Shown here in pieces: positions 12,420 to 22,762 of a stretch of DNA of 41,584 bases. Made by a program: the position numbers and the translations under genes. Source of the DNA: Leptolyngbyaceae cyanobacterium SM2_5_2 (GTDB taxonomy: Bacteria; Cyanobacteriota; Cyanobacteriia; Phormidesmidales; Phormidesmidaceae); the NCBI GenBank assembly GCA_012031045.1, contig JAAUUR010000001.1:1-41584 (forward strand), in the 5' to 3' direction. How positions within the stretch are numbered: position 1 is the first letter of the stretch; each line of letters starts with the position of its first letter. The notes beneath the pieces are model-generated. The model was not told where the DNA came from. It did not search any database and saw only the letters and a program-made list of their open reading frames with translations.

Positions 12420-12435
12420 TGCCCGTGCGAAGCAG
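12420..12435. repeat. 16-bp small dispersed repeat, copy 2
   Basis: TGCCCGTGCGAAGCAG, embedded in GGCGGTA/GGCAGAA heptamer-like repeats. Confidence 0.7.
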
Positions 12436-12503
12436 GCAGAAGGATGACTAAGCGGCCGGTCAGCCTATGAGTTGAACTGGCTGAATGGTCAAAAAAAGCC
12501 GAT

Positions 12504-12574
12504 GTAGAAACCGGGTTTCTTTTTGGGGGGAATGGCAGGCTATCCTTGCTAATCCCAGAAGAAACCCGGTTTCT
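12504..12574. repeat. REP-like doublet (REPIN)
   Basis: AGAAACCGGGTTTCTT (12506-12521) and its perfect inverse (12559-12574). Each arm is itself palindromic, and the left arm begins within a GTAG tetramer. Confidence 0.75.
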
Positions 12575-12595
12575 TGGCGTTTTACTGTCCAGAGC

Positions 12596-12886
12596 CTAGC
12601 CCTGGCTCACCCCCTGCCGCCTCGTCATCAGGCTGATGACGCCACCCCGGCTACCCGTTTTCTCCACCGCTTGCAGGAATTCCTCAAAGCTGGGCGTGTT
12701 GGGCTGTACTGGTACGGGCCTTGACCACTCAATCCGGTCGCAATAGTGCAGAGAGGCCAATCGGTTAATTGCCTCTTCTACCGCGCGGCGATCGCCCAGC
12801 AGGATGTGTCGGACGATTTCTTGGCCGTAAGACGGCAATGGAAAGATAGCAGAGGTCATTACCTCTGGATTCGGGTCTTGAAACAT
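12596..12886 (-). CDS. Conserved cyanobacterial small hypothetical protein (96 aa)
   Basis: Strong AAGGAG RBS. The pattern VRHILLG...AVEEAINRLASLHY...EWSRPVP...ISLMTR resembles a multi-copy cyanobacterial family. Confidence 0.7.
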   Translation of the reverse strand: MFQDPNPEVMTSAIFPLPSYGQEIVRHILLGDRRAVEEAINRLASLHYCDRIEWSRPVPVQPNTPSFEEFLQAVEKTGSRGGVISLMTRRQGVSQG

Positions 12887-12979
12887 GGGAAAACTCCTTC
12901 GTTTTCACTGAGTGGAAAACGAGGAACGGCTCCAGATCCCTTCCAATTAGGCAACACAAAGAGACCGGTACAATGAACC

Positions 12980-13055
12980 CAGTCATCTCGACTTACCCTG
13001 GTTAAGTTGGGATGATCAGGGAGTTTGGGGAGTTGGCCCTCCTCAGACTCCTGCC
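12980..13055 (+). ncRNA. Putative two-hairpin small RNA, antisense to the leader of the 96-aa gene
   Basis: TACAAT -10 box at 12969-12974, then two 13-bp stems (12983-13015 and 13020-13051) whose mismatches are G-U pairs only on the + strand. Confidence 0.45.
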
Positions 13056-13197
13056 CGGAATCATTCCCCGCAAAATTGCAAATACATGAATCGCACAAAG
13101 AGTGCAACCGTATTGCCAGATTTTTTACCCAGGATGGCGCAGAAGCCCTGTCTGGGTGCTGCACGGGCAAGAAAAATATAGCGATTCGCACGGCTTT

Positions 13198-13226
13198 GTA
13201 GGCTGGACAAAGCTCGCCTGCCCAGC
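13198..13226. repeat. GTAG-footed REP-like imperfect palindrome
   Basis: GTAG-GCTGGACA...TGCCCAGC at the left edge of the AT-richer islet. Confidence 0.45.
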
Positions 13227-13324
13227 AACATGAAACGTTGCCAAAGCCTCTGGCGCTAAAATCAGCTTATCTCCGAAATTCAAGGGGATTAGAAAGAAAT
13301 AGTCCTAAGCCATGAATTATAGCA

Positions 13325-14238
13325 ATGACTGATGTAATTAGCATTTACAACTCTATGGCCGAGTTCTATGCCTCAATGGGTGGAACTTTAGAGCAAGAAG
13401 TTGATTTTACAATCCATCGGCTAGAAGAGGTACATGGGGAGATTCCCATTAAATCTCCACTCTTTCGGGCAAACTATTACTCGGTATTAATCATTCGCAA
13501 AGGTCGCGGGCGCTACATTATTGACGATCAATCCTATCCAACGCAGGATGGCACAATTTACTTTACGAACCCTGGGCACATCAAAGGGTTTGAGATTTAT
13601 GAACTATCGCATGGATATGTGATTACTTTTCCGAGTTGTTTCTCAAACAATATGTCCATGGGAATATTTTGGATGAGTTTCCTTTCCTAATTGCGGAGGT
13701 CGCACCACCCAATTATCCTAATCTCGAAGTCTTTCAAATATTTGATGATTTAGGAGGGCAACTGTTTCGAGAATATCGTTCGGATTCTGCCTACAAGTTC
13801 AAGGTAATTGGGAGCTTAATGGTTGTCCTGTTACTGAAGATCAAGGAACGATTTTGGAAAACCTATGACCCACTTACCGAAGCGCCGACAAGTTCTGCGA
13901 TTACACTCACCTTCAAGCGCAATCTAGAAAAGCATTTTCGGGATCTTTTAGCAGGGAAGTGTGATCGCCTTTTCCAGGTGCAGGATTATGCCCAGGCCCA
14001 GTACTTACATCCCAGTTATTTCAGTGCCGTCATCAAACGTAAAACGGGCAAGTCAGTAAGCAGTTGGATTGCGGAAAAAACGATCACCGAGGCTCAAGCC
14101 CTATTAGCGAGATCGACAGAATCATTACAAGAAGTTGCCTTTCGTCTTGGATTTAAAGATGCAGCTCACTTCTCGCGCTTCTTTAAGAAGTACACCAAGA
14201 TGTCGCCAGTGAGTTTTCGACAAAGCCTGCAAGGCTAA
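13325..14238 (+). CDS. AraC family transcriptional regulator; frameshift near 13630
   Basis: Cupin-like N-terminus. C-terminal YLHPSYFSAVIKRKTG and EVAFRLGFKDAAHFSRFFKKYTKMSP. Confidence 0.9.
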
Positions 14239-14429
14239 GTATTTATATATCTCAATTGTGGCTATTAGGAGACTCCAGGATTAAAAATAGACAAGCCTAG
14301 CTAGAAAATGTGCATGTACTCAGCCAGTTGTTTTTGGCTTAATGGAACCTGACAGAGCTGAAAAGCCAATCCATAGGAACTATTCAGCTTATTTACTCCC
14401 ATTAACCCAAACATCAATAGGAGACCATC

Positions 14430-15326
14430 ATGAGTACAAATCGACGCAACTTTTTGAGTGCCCTAGGTGCGACCGGTGCAGTCGGCGCGATCTCAGCCAG
14501 CAAGGCAATGGCCCAGACTACTCAAGGCACACCTATCTCCGCTGAACCCATCTTCGCTACCCCTTCTGTAGACAGCCGTGCGCTAACCGGTAAGGTTGCC
14601 ATTGTCACTGGTGCCAGGGCTAACCTGGGCCGGGCCTTCGCCCAAGCCTTTGCTCGCCAGGGGGCTGATGTTGTAGTTCACTATCATCGGGCTGAGACCA
14701 TTGGCGAGGCCGAAGAAACGGCTTGGCTAGTTCGTGAACAGGGAAAGAGAGCCGCTTTGACACAGGGAGACTTGGGTCAGGCCGAAAACGTTAAGCGGAT
14801 GTTTGATGTGGCCTTTAATGAGTTTGGACGAGCCGATATTCTGGTCAACAATGCGGGAGCCATTGTTAAAAAGGCGATTGCCGATGTCACCGACGAAGAC
14901 CTCGAACGGATGATCAATATCAATACTCGTGGGAATTTCCTTTGCACCCGCGAAGCCGCACGTCGCTTATCTGATAACGGCAGAATTATCAATATCGCAA
15001 CGTCATTGTTAGCGGGTGCTGCACCGAACTATGCAGCCTATGCGGGCAGTAAAGCGATTGTGGAAGAACTGACTCGCATGGGAGCAAGAGAACTCGGCGG
15101 TCGAGGGATTACCGTCAACTCTGTGGCTCCAGGGCCAGTCGATACCCCCTTCTTCCATAGCATGGAAACGCCGCAGACCACTGAGTTTGCCGCAAATCTG
15201 TCGGTAGCCCGTCGTTTGGGCATGGTGAGCGACATTGTTCCGCTCGTTGAATTTTTGGCTTTGCCTAGTGCTCAATGGATTACAGGACAGACAATCTGGA
15301 TCAATGGCGGCTATCTGACGCGCTAA
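14430..15326 (+). CDS. SDR family oxidoreductase with twin-arginine signal peptide
   Basis: STNRRNFL...SKAMA signal, TGARANLG, NNAG, YAGSK, VAPGPVDT, WITGQTIWINGG. GGAG RBS. Confidence 0.9.
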   Translation: MSTNRRNFLSALGATGAVGAISASKAMAQTTQGTPISAEPIFATPSVDSRALTGKVAIVTGARANLGRAFAQAFARQGADVVVHYHRAETIGEAEETAWLVREQGKRAALTQGDLGQAENVKRMFDVAFNEFGRADILVNNAGAIVKKAIADVTDEDLERMININTRGNFLCTREAARRLSDNGRIINIATSLLAGAAPNYAAYAGSKAIVEELTRMGARELGGRGITVNSVAPGPVDTPFFHSMETPQTTEFAANLSVARRLGMVSDIVPLVEFLALPSAQWITGQTIWINGGYLTR

Positions 15327-15397
15327 ATCTCACTAAAGCGATCGATTATCCAAAAGATTGATTTAGAAAATAGTTGTTGATCAGGAGAAATCACATC

Positions 15398-16393
15398 ATG
15401 CAATATCGCAAATTGGGAACAACTAAAACACAAGTATCAGCGCTGGGATTGGGTTGTATGGGCATGTCTGACTTTTATAGTGGTCGGCAAATCGATGATG
15501 CTGCAAGTATTGCAACCATTCGAGCAGCAATTGATCTGGGCGTTAACTTTCTCGATACGGGTGATTTTTATGGCATGGGCCACAATGAATTGTTGATCCG
15601 TGAGGCCATCAAAGCGGTTCCCCGCGATCAAGTATTCATTGCTGTGAAATTTGGACAACTGCGAGACTATAAGGGGAATTTTATCGGTGCAGACAATCGC
15701 CCCGTCGCCGTGCAAAACTTTCTTGCCTATAGCCTACAGCGTTTAGGGGTAGACTACATTGATTTGTACTATCCCGCCAGAATCGATCCCAATGTGCCTA
15801 TTGAAGAAACGGTAGGTGCGATCGCAAACTTAATTCAAGCAGGCAAAGTTCGCTATGCAGGACTGTCGGAAGCAGGCCCAGAAACCCTACGTCGGGCAGT
15901 TCAGATTCATCCCATTGCTATGCTTCAAACCGAATATAGTCTATGGACACGAGAACCTGAGCAAGATGTCTTACCCGTTTGTCGAGAATTAGGTACGAGC
16001 CTTGTCGCCTATTCGCCCTTGGGTAGGGGGTTTTTAACAGGTACTTTTCAATCTCCAGACAATTTTCCCCCCGATGACTTTCGGCGCTATAATCCACGCT
16101 TTCAAGGTGAAAATTTCTACCGTAACTTAGAACTAGTCGAAAAAGTGAAGGAAATTGCAGTGCAGAAGAATTGTACTCCTGCTCAACTTGCTTTAGCTTG
16201 GCTGCTGGCAAAAGGTGAAGATATCATCCCAATTCCCGGTACTAAACGCCAAGCACGATTAGTTGAAAATGTGGGCGCAGTGGAGCTAGTCTTGTCGGCA
16301 GATGAAATGCAACAGATTGAGTCTATTGTCCCGATCGGATCTGCTGCTGGAACTCGCTATCCTGAAGCAATTATGCACACTGTTAATCGTTAA
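15398..16393 (+). CDS. Aldo/keto reductase
   Basis: [51 protein letters not shown]. Confidence 0.93.
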   Translation: MQYRKLGTTKTQVSALGLGCMGMSDFYSGRQIDDAASIATIRAAIDLGVNFLDTGDFYGMGHNELLIREAIKAVPRDQVFIAVKFGQLRDYKGNFIGADNRPVAVQNFLAYSLQRLGVDYIDLYYPARIDPNVPIEETVGAIANLIQAGKVRYAGLSEAGPETLRRAVQIHPIAMLQTEYSLWTREPEQDVLPVCRELGTSLVAYSPLGRGFLTGTFQSPDNFPPDDFRRYNPRFQGENFYRNLELVEKVKEIAVQKNCTPAQLALAWLLAKGEDIIPIPGTKRQARLVENVGAVELVLSADEMQQIESIVPIGSAAGTRYPEAIMHTVNR

Positions 16394-16426
16394 CTTCTTC
16401 ACAAAGTCTTGTGGCTGACGCAACAT

Positions 16427-16463
16427 ATTGGGAACTACCCATCCACGGCCTGGTAGTTCCTAA
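16427..16463. terminator. Hairpin between convergent genes
   Basis: GGAACTACC...GGTAGTTCC stem. Confidence 0.55.
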
Positions 16464-17168
16464 TTACGACTTGAAGCGCCGCCACTGACTGGGTGGCGGT
16501 GTCAGAAATTCGTAGGAACCTGCGGCCTGCCCTGGGGCAGCCGTTAGCACAATATCAAACGACAGAGAAATTCGCAGTTCATCCGTGTGGTTTATGGTAA
16601 CCCCGTGGCGCTGTTTGGCCGGAAAAAGAATGAGCCGTCCTTCGGTGGGTAAGTAAAGGGCTTGATCTTGGTTCAGATAGTTCCAGGAGGAGACGATATC
16701 TGTGTTTTCGCTCCCCAAACCGGGGCTGACTTCGTTGAGGCGAGCATCGTCAAAAAAGGTCAGGCACCCAGCTTCGTCAGTGCCGGATGCGGGCACGGCC
16801 ACATAGTACACCGCGCTGATGTTGGCCGTGTTGTGGCAGTGATCACCCACCTCCTGTTGGTGGCGCGACACCACGGGCCAGCCCCGCTGAATGTAGAGTT
16901 CAATCTGATTAAGATCTAGCCCTAATTCTTGCAGATAGCACCGCGTGTGGATTTCAACCTGTTCTACCACCCAGGCAAAGCGCGGATCAGCATGAATTTG
17001 CTCAACCCCATGCAGATCGCCTGTCCAGGCCATTTCTGGGAAATTGCGGGCTGCATAGCCCTGTTCTTCCAATGCCAGCACGGCCTTAATCAATCCCTCT
17101 CGATGCAGAAGTGCGTCGGGTAAGTCTTCGTAGTAAATGGCTAGGGGAAACCAGGCATCAATCGGCAT
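16464..17168 (-). CDS. TIGR02466-type putative 2OG-Fe(II) oxygenase
   Basis: HCH...ISAVYYV, EGRLILFP...HGV...RISLSFD. Confidence 0.75.
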   Translation of the reverse strand: MPIDAWFPLAIYYEDLPDALLHREGLIKAVLALEEQGYAARNFPEMAWTGDLHGVEQIHADPRFAWVVEQVEIHTRCYLQELGLDLNQIELYIQRGWPVVSRHQQEVGDHCHNTANISAVYYVAVPASGTDEAGCLTFFDDARLNEVSPGLGSENTDIVSSWNYLNQDQALYLPTEGRLILFPAKQRHGVTINHTDELRISLSFDIVLTAAPGQAAGSYEFLTPPPSQWRRFKS

Positions 17169-17209
17169 AGTGTTTTCTCTTCCTTGGCGAAGCCCTTGAC
17201 CTGGCCTAG

Positions 17210-17486
17210 CTAGGGCTGGTTTCTACCTTCCCACCGAAACAGCAACACCACGACGGCCAGCACCCCAAACTGCACCAGCAAATTAGGTAGTGCCTGGCGG
17301 ATATCCCCCCCGGCCAGTACCTGGGTCAGCATAATGAACGCCCCAATCGCCCCCGATGCCCCAGCAGCCCCGTAAATAACCTTGCGCAAGCCCTTGTAAG
17401 GAGCCTTGGCCTCAGCCTTGAGCCGAGCATAACTTTTCAGGGCTCATGCCTTTAGGCGGCATATCCGAAAGATTAGGATCGGGCAT
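17210..17486 (-). CDS. DUF3493 family small membrane protein (frameshift near 17435; not in the ORF track)
   Basis: Manual translation: YARLKAEAKAPYKGLRKVIYGAAGASGAIGAFIMLTQVLAG...ALPNLLVQFGVLAVVVLLFRWE. Confidence 0.75.
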
Positions 17487-17558
17487 GGGGGTATCCAGGG
17501 AATTACTCTAAACCTTTGCCTGCTTTACACAAAAGCCAAAACCGACGAAGGCCTACAC

Positions 17559-17567
17559 TGTTATACT
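17559..17567 (+). promoter_or_regulatory. Extended -10 promoter element for tRNA-Thr
   Basis: TGnTATACT about 20 bp upstream of the tRNA. Confidence 0.5.
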
Positions 17568-17587
17568 AATAGACCGTGAGCATCCCT

Positions 17588-17659
17588 GCCGATGTGGCTC
17601 AGTGGTAGAGCACTCGATTCGTAATCGAGCGGTCGCGGGTTCAAATCCCGCCATCGGCT
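17588..17659 (+). tRNA. tRNA-Thr(CGT)
   Basis: GCCGATG/CATCGGC acceptor stem, CTCGA-TTCGTAA-TCGAG anticodon arm, GGTTCAAATCC T-loop. Confidence 0.96.
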
Positions 17660-17839
17660 TCCCTCTCAAATACCTGAAATGCCTTGATTTCAAGGGGTTT
17701 GACGTCTCGACCGCTTAGTGTGGCGAGACGCATAGATTCTTGAAATTGGGTGTAGATGGGCATCTTTAGGCTACTTTTTGGGGTAAATTTGGGGTAATCA
17801 ACGGGGGTCTACCACAGTCCACTTACCCCATTCCCCGCC

Positions 17840-18934
17840 ATGCCTTCACCCTCAATGACCCAGTCCAAGTCTCGCAAGGCCAAGAAAGGCACCGTCCAGG
17901 TCAAGAACTCCAACGATCGCTTGCAGTTGGTCTTTAGCTGGCAGCGCAAACGATACTACTTCAGCACCGGTCTGCCTGATTCCCCCATCAACCGCAAGCT
18001 AGCCGAGCAAAAAGCCCGTCAAATCGAGCTGGATTTTGTTTCGGGCAACTTTGACCCCAGCCTCGATAAGTACCGACCCGAGGTCGAACTGTCCGAGTCC
18101 CAGCGGAAGACTCCCGCGACTCCCAAACTGCTCGATCTGTGGGAGCAGTACATGGAATACCGCACCCCCAACATTTCACCGACCACCCTGAACAGCACCT
18201 ATGAGCCCGTCGCTGCCCATATTCGCAAATGCAAGACTGATGGGTTGAAGAACCCGCTCAAATTTCGCACAGAACTTCTGAAGGCCACCACTGAATCGCA
18301 AGCCCGCCGATCCCTGATGCAAATCTCAGCCGCCTGTGACTGGGGCCTCAAGCATAATCTGATTCAGGAAAACCCCTTTTCGGGCATGTACCTGGACATG
18401 CTCCAATCGAAAGCACCACCGCCTGTTGCGTTTACCGTCGAGGAGCGCGATCGCATCATTGCAGCCTTCGTCAACGACAGCCGACCAGGCACCGACTATA
18501 GGCACTACGCACCCTTCGTCAAATTCTTGTTCTGGACGGGGTGCCGCCCCTGTGAGGCCATTGGGCTGCGCTGGGGCAGTGTGCTACCCGATTGCAGCCG
18601 AGTGCATTTCCACGAAAGCATCGTTGAAATTTCAGGCCGGAAGGTCAGACGCAAAGAGGATAAAACGGCGGTCAAGCGCTGGTTTACCTGCCCCGATAAT
18701 TTGAAAGAACTCTTGCAATCCATTCGGCCTGAACACCCAGATCCCGAAGCCTTGGTTTTTCCCTCGCCCAAGGGTCACTCTATGACCGCTAGCAACTTTC
18801 GAGACCGAGGGTGGACAGCCATTTTGAGCGAGTTAGGGCTGTCGATGAAAGAGGGCATCAAAATGACGCCCTACAACTGCCGCGACACGTTCATTACCCT
18901 CCAGGGGCGTTGTTGCATAAACATTATGAGTTAA
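17840..18934 (+). pseudogene. Tyrosine integrase with arm-binding N-terminal domain, C-terminally truncated
   Basis: LQLVFSWQRKRYYFSTGL arm domain, TGCRPCEAIGL, YNCRDTFIT. Sequence switches to an IS end at 18906, before the catalytic Tyr. Confidence 0.85.
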
Positions 18935-19358
18935 GTGCGATAAAAATAAATGTGAACTCTCTCTATTCCAGGTGACTATGGCCACTGAGGCAACCAAAAC
19001 CCAATACCGGATTCGCAATTGGCGTGCCTACGATGCGGCCTTGAAGCAGCGAGGCCGTCTAACCTTCTGGATTGATGAGGCGGTGCTGAAGGGATGGGTG
19101 AACCTTGACAAGACGGGCGAGCGAGGCGCTTCACGCACGTATAGCAACATCGCGACTGCGACGATGAGTACGATGGGTTCGGTGATGCACTTACGAGGCC
19201 GACAAACCGCAGGCTTCATGACCTCAGTATTTCAGCTGATGGACGTGGCGTTGCCGGTGCCCGACCATTCCACCGTCTCCCGACGATTAGGGAAACTGAG
19301 CATCCTCTTGCCTGTGGCGGAGGGAACCGGGTCTCGCCATGTCGTGAAAGAGGCGTGA
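18906..19358 (+). mobile_element. IS5 family (IS903 group) remnant: left end plus truncated transposase 18972-19358
   Basis: GGCGTTGTTGCATAAA terminal repeat, YRIRNWRAYDAALKQRG, PDHSTVSRR. Ends before the DDE domain; no right end seen. Confidence 0.85.
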
Positions 19359-19393
19359 AATTACCACCTCATGTTCAGGTAATAGGAAAAAGC

Positions 19394-19681
19394 CTATTCT
19401 TCAAGAATTTTTGGCACTTTGAAGAAGTCGGCTTCGCGGTCGGGGGCGCAGGCCAGAATAGCCTCGCGATCGCCAAAGCGTTCTAGCACATCGGGCCGGG
19501 TAATGTTACTTAGCTCAATGGCGCGGGTGGTGGGTTCTACGTCAGCGGTGTCTAGCTCGCTGAGCTGTTCCACATAGGCCAAAATGCTGCTGAGCTGCCC
19601 GGTGAACTGCTGCTCTTCTTCGGCAGACAGTTCTAAGCGCGCCAACAGCGCCACCTTACGAACCTGTTCCAAATCAATCAT
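19394..19681 (-). CDS. gatC: Asp/Glu-tRNA amidotransferase subunit C
   Basis: [12 protein letters not shown]...[13 protein letters not shown]...FFKVPKI. Confidence 0.95.
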   Translation of the reverse strand: MIDLEQVRKVALLARLELSAEEEQQFTGQLSSILAYVEQLSELDTADVEPTTRAIELSNITRPDVLERFGDREAILACAPDREADFFKVPKILEE

Positions 19682-19686
19682 GGCTT

Positions 19687-20208
19687 TTAGAAGAATATGT
19701 CGTTTTTCATGCGGCCCGTATTTTTGAGCCAGTTTTGGGCCTCGATGTAGTTATTGGGGGCGATGGTGATAGCCTCCAACCAGTAGCGGGCTGCTTCGTC
19801 AAACAGGGTTTCGGCGGCGTCACTATCCCCGGCGGCTTCGGCCTGTTCGGCCTGGTAGTGGTAAATTACCGCCATGTTGTTGAGCGCCTGGCACATGCGG
19901 GGGTTAAGATCCAGCGCTTCCTGATACTTCTCCAGGGCAATCTCGTGCTCGCCGTTGCTAGCGTGAATTAGCCCCATGTTGTAAAGGATGAAGCTTCTGT
20001 CGTAGGGGTCTTCTTCCAGGGTGAGGGCTTCGCGGTAGTTGTCCATGGCCTCAGCATACTCGCCATCGGCCTGGGCCGACATGCCATCGCGATAGTAGGC
20101 AAAGGCTTCCTTCTCGCTTTTTTTAGCAGGCATCATCTTCAGGATCATGTCTGCCATCACCGTAAAGGATTTGTCGATAAAGTTATCGTTACGCTGCGTT
20201 CTAGGCAT
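19687..20208 (-). CDS. ycf3: Photosystem I assembly protein Ycf3
   Basis: [37 protein letters not shown]. Confidence 0.97.
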   Translation of the reverse strand: MPRTQRNDNFIDKSFTVMADMILKMMPAKKSEKEAFAYYRDGMSAQADGEYAEAMDNYREALTLEEDPYDRSFILYNMGLIHASNGEHEIALEKYQEALDLNPRMCQALNNMAVIYHYQAEQAEAAGDSDAAETLFDEAARYWLEAITIAPNNYIEAQNWLKNTGRMKNDIFF

Positions 20209-20281
20209 AGAGGATGTCGCACCAATGAAGGACGGAAAGAGGCTACCTTAGGGTTAGGCCCCCAGAGTGCATAGGATTAGC

Positions 20282-21216
20282 CTAGCAAAGAGGGGGCGGC
20301 AGGTGAAGGGTGGGGAACTCGCCAACGAACTTGACCTCTGGCTGCAACCATAGGAACCACTGGGCATAAACCCGCCGCTGCACATAGTTAATCAACCGAT
20401 AAATATCCTCAGCGGTGGCCCCACCCAGGTTGAGAATAAAGTTAGCATGGCGCTCGGCCACCTGAGCATGGCCAATCTGGTAGCCCTTCAGCCCAGTTTG
20501 CTCGATCAACCAACCGGCTGTGTGCGGCAGAGGATTGCGAAACACGCTGCCGCAACTCGGCAAATCGTAGGGTTGAGTAGCACGGCGGCGGTTCAAGCCC
20601 TCCAGGGTATCTGCGGTTACCTGGGCGGGGTCGTGGTCGGGTTCCAGCTGAAAGGTGGCCTCCAATAGCACCCGCCCCGACCCTTGTAGAGCCGAGGTGC
20701 GATAGTGAAAGTCCAAATCTTTCGGGAAAAGCTGGATTTTCCCCAAAACGGGGTCAAGCACCGTGGCCGAAACCAGATAGTCTGCCGCGCAGCCACCGTG
20801 GGCACCGGCATTCATCACCACGGCTCCACCTAGGTACCGGGAATGCCAACCGCCCACTCCAGGCCGCGCCAGCCTCGTTTAGCGGCTTTCCAGGCTAGGG
20901 TAGGCAGGGGCTCGCCAGCCGCTGCCGTGACCTGCCCGGTGATGTCGTCAAACTGGGCTTTGCGGCAGTGGCGAGTGCAGACCACCAGACCAGGAATACC
21001 GCGATCGCTGATCAGCAAATTTGAGCCAGCCCCTAGCACCGTAACCGTTAGATTATGACCGCTAGCCCAGGCCAGGAGCTGATCAAACTCGGTCTGATAG
21101 CGCGGCATGGCTAACCACTCCGCTAGGCCACCTACCCGAAACGTTGTCAGCTTTTGCAACGTGGCCTGGGGGGTTAGGCCAGCAATCTGAGGGGCGGAAG
21201 CGACAATGAAATTCAT
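20282..21216 (-). CDS. murB: UDP-N-acetylmuramate dehydrogenase; frameshift near 20833
   Basis: [20 protein letters not shown]|[25 protein letters not shown]. Confidence 0.93.
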
Positions 21217-21228
21217 GGGCTTGGCAAA

Positions 21229-22762
21229 CTAGCAGGCTTCTTGCAGGGAGGGTACTTCGGCCTCGGCATAGTAGGCCATTACCTGAGGGATGATCTGATT
21301 CAGGTTGCCAGCTCCCATAAACATCACCAGATCACCAGGACGCAAACTGCTCGTCAGCGCCGCCTGCACATCGTCCAGGGTGTGACTATAGATCACATCC
21401 GGATGATGGTGGGCCACGGCATCGGCCACCTGCTTGCCCGAAACGCCATAGGTATTGGCCTCTCCGGCACTGTAGATGTCAGCTATGATCACCTGATCGG
21501 CGTCGGTGAAGGCATCGGCAAAGTTTTGCAGCAGGGCCGCCGTGCGGCTAAACCGATGGGGTTGAAACACCGCTATCACGCGCCGTTCTTCGCTACCGCG
21601 AAGGCCCACGCCCAGGGGAGCTACCACAGAGGACTGCCCAATCCGCAGGCGAGCGGCGGCCAGAGTGGCCCGAATTTCGCTGGGGTGGTGGGCGTAGTCA
21701 TCCACAAACTGGATGCCGCCATAGCTACCGCGCAACTCAAATCGACGACGCGCCCCACAAAAGCGGCTTAAGCTATCGGCAATTTGGGTAAAGGAAATCC
21801 CCAGGTGACGGCCAACCGCAATTGCCGCCAGGCATTACTCAGGTTGTGCTCGCCTAAAACGCTCAAGTTGAGCTGGCCTAGACGCTGGCCCCGCTCCCAT
21901 ACGGTAGCTGTGGTGCCGTTGGCATGGAAGTGGATATCCGTAGCGAAGTAAGTGGCGTTACGGTCAGCATTCAGGCTGTAGGTTAGCGTAGGCTTCAGGC
22001 TAGTGCACACTACCTGGCAATCCAAACTGGCCACCAGCATCTCGCACTGCTGCTGAAACCGCTGGAAGATATCCACCACATCCTGGAGGTCGCGGTAGTG
22101 ATCGGTGTGGTCGAGTTCAATGTTGGTGACCACGCCAATGGTGGCCGATAACTTAGCCAGCGTACCATCCGACTCATCGGCCTCGGCCACCAGATAAGGC
22201 CCCTGCCCAATGCGGGCATTGCCTCCCCAGCTCGATACTTCGCCACCTACTACAATGGTGGGGTCGAGTTCGGCATCCAGCAAGACATGGCCAATCATAC
22301 TGCTGGTGGTAGTTTTGCCGTGGGTGCCGGCTACGGCAATGCTGTAGTAATCCTTAATCAAGGCGGCCAGCACATCAGAGCGATGAAAATGGGGCAGCCT
22401 AGTTGCCGAGCCGCTTGATATTCAGGATTTAGCTCGTTGATAGCGGTGGAACAAATTACCTGGGGAGTCACCCGTTCTAGCGTGGTTGTAGCCGCCCAGG
22501 GCTTGGCAAACATCGGCTTAGAAAACCCGCCCTGAGCACTGCTATCAACGCTGAGAAAATAGCTTAAATTGGCGGCCTCTTGCTGCCAAAAAATATGAAC
22601 CCCAGCCTCCTGCAGACGGCGCGTAATGTGGGTCAAGCGTAGATCTGAGCCAGAAACGGGGATGTTGCGTTTAGTCAAAATGTAAGCCAGCGCAGACATT
22701 CCGATCCCACCAATTCCAATAAAATGGAATGGCCTGCCGTTGAAATCTACAGAATTCGGCAT
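21229..22762 (-). CDS. murC: UDP-N-acetylmuramate--L-alanine ligase; frameshifts near 22385 and 21830
   Basis: HFIGIGGIGMSALA, AGTHGKTTT, EADESD, DDYAHHP, FQPHRFSR, MGAG. Confidence 0.95.

Noticed and set aside
12859-13191. 110-aa minus-strand ORF
   Set aside because: Overlaps the structured leader and has no recognisable features or RBS.
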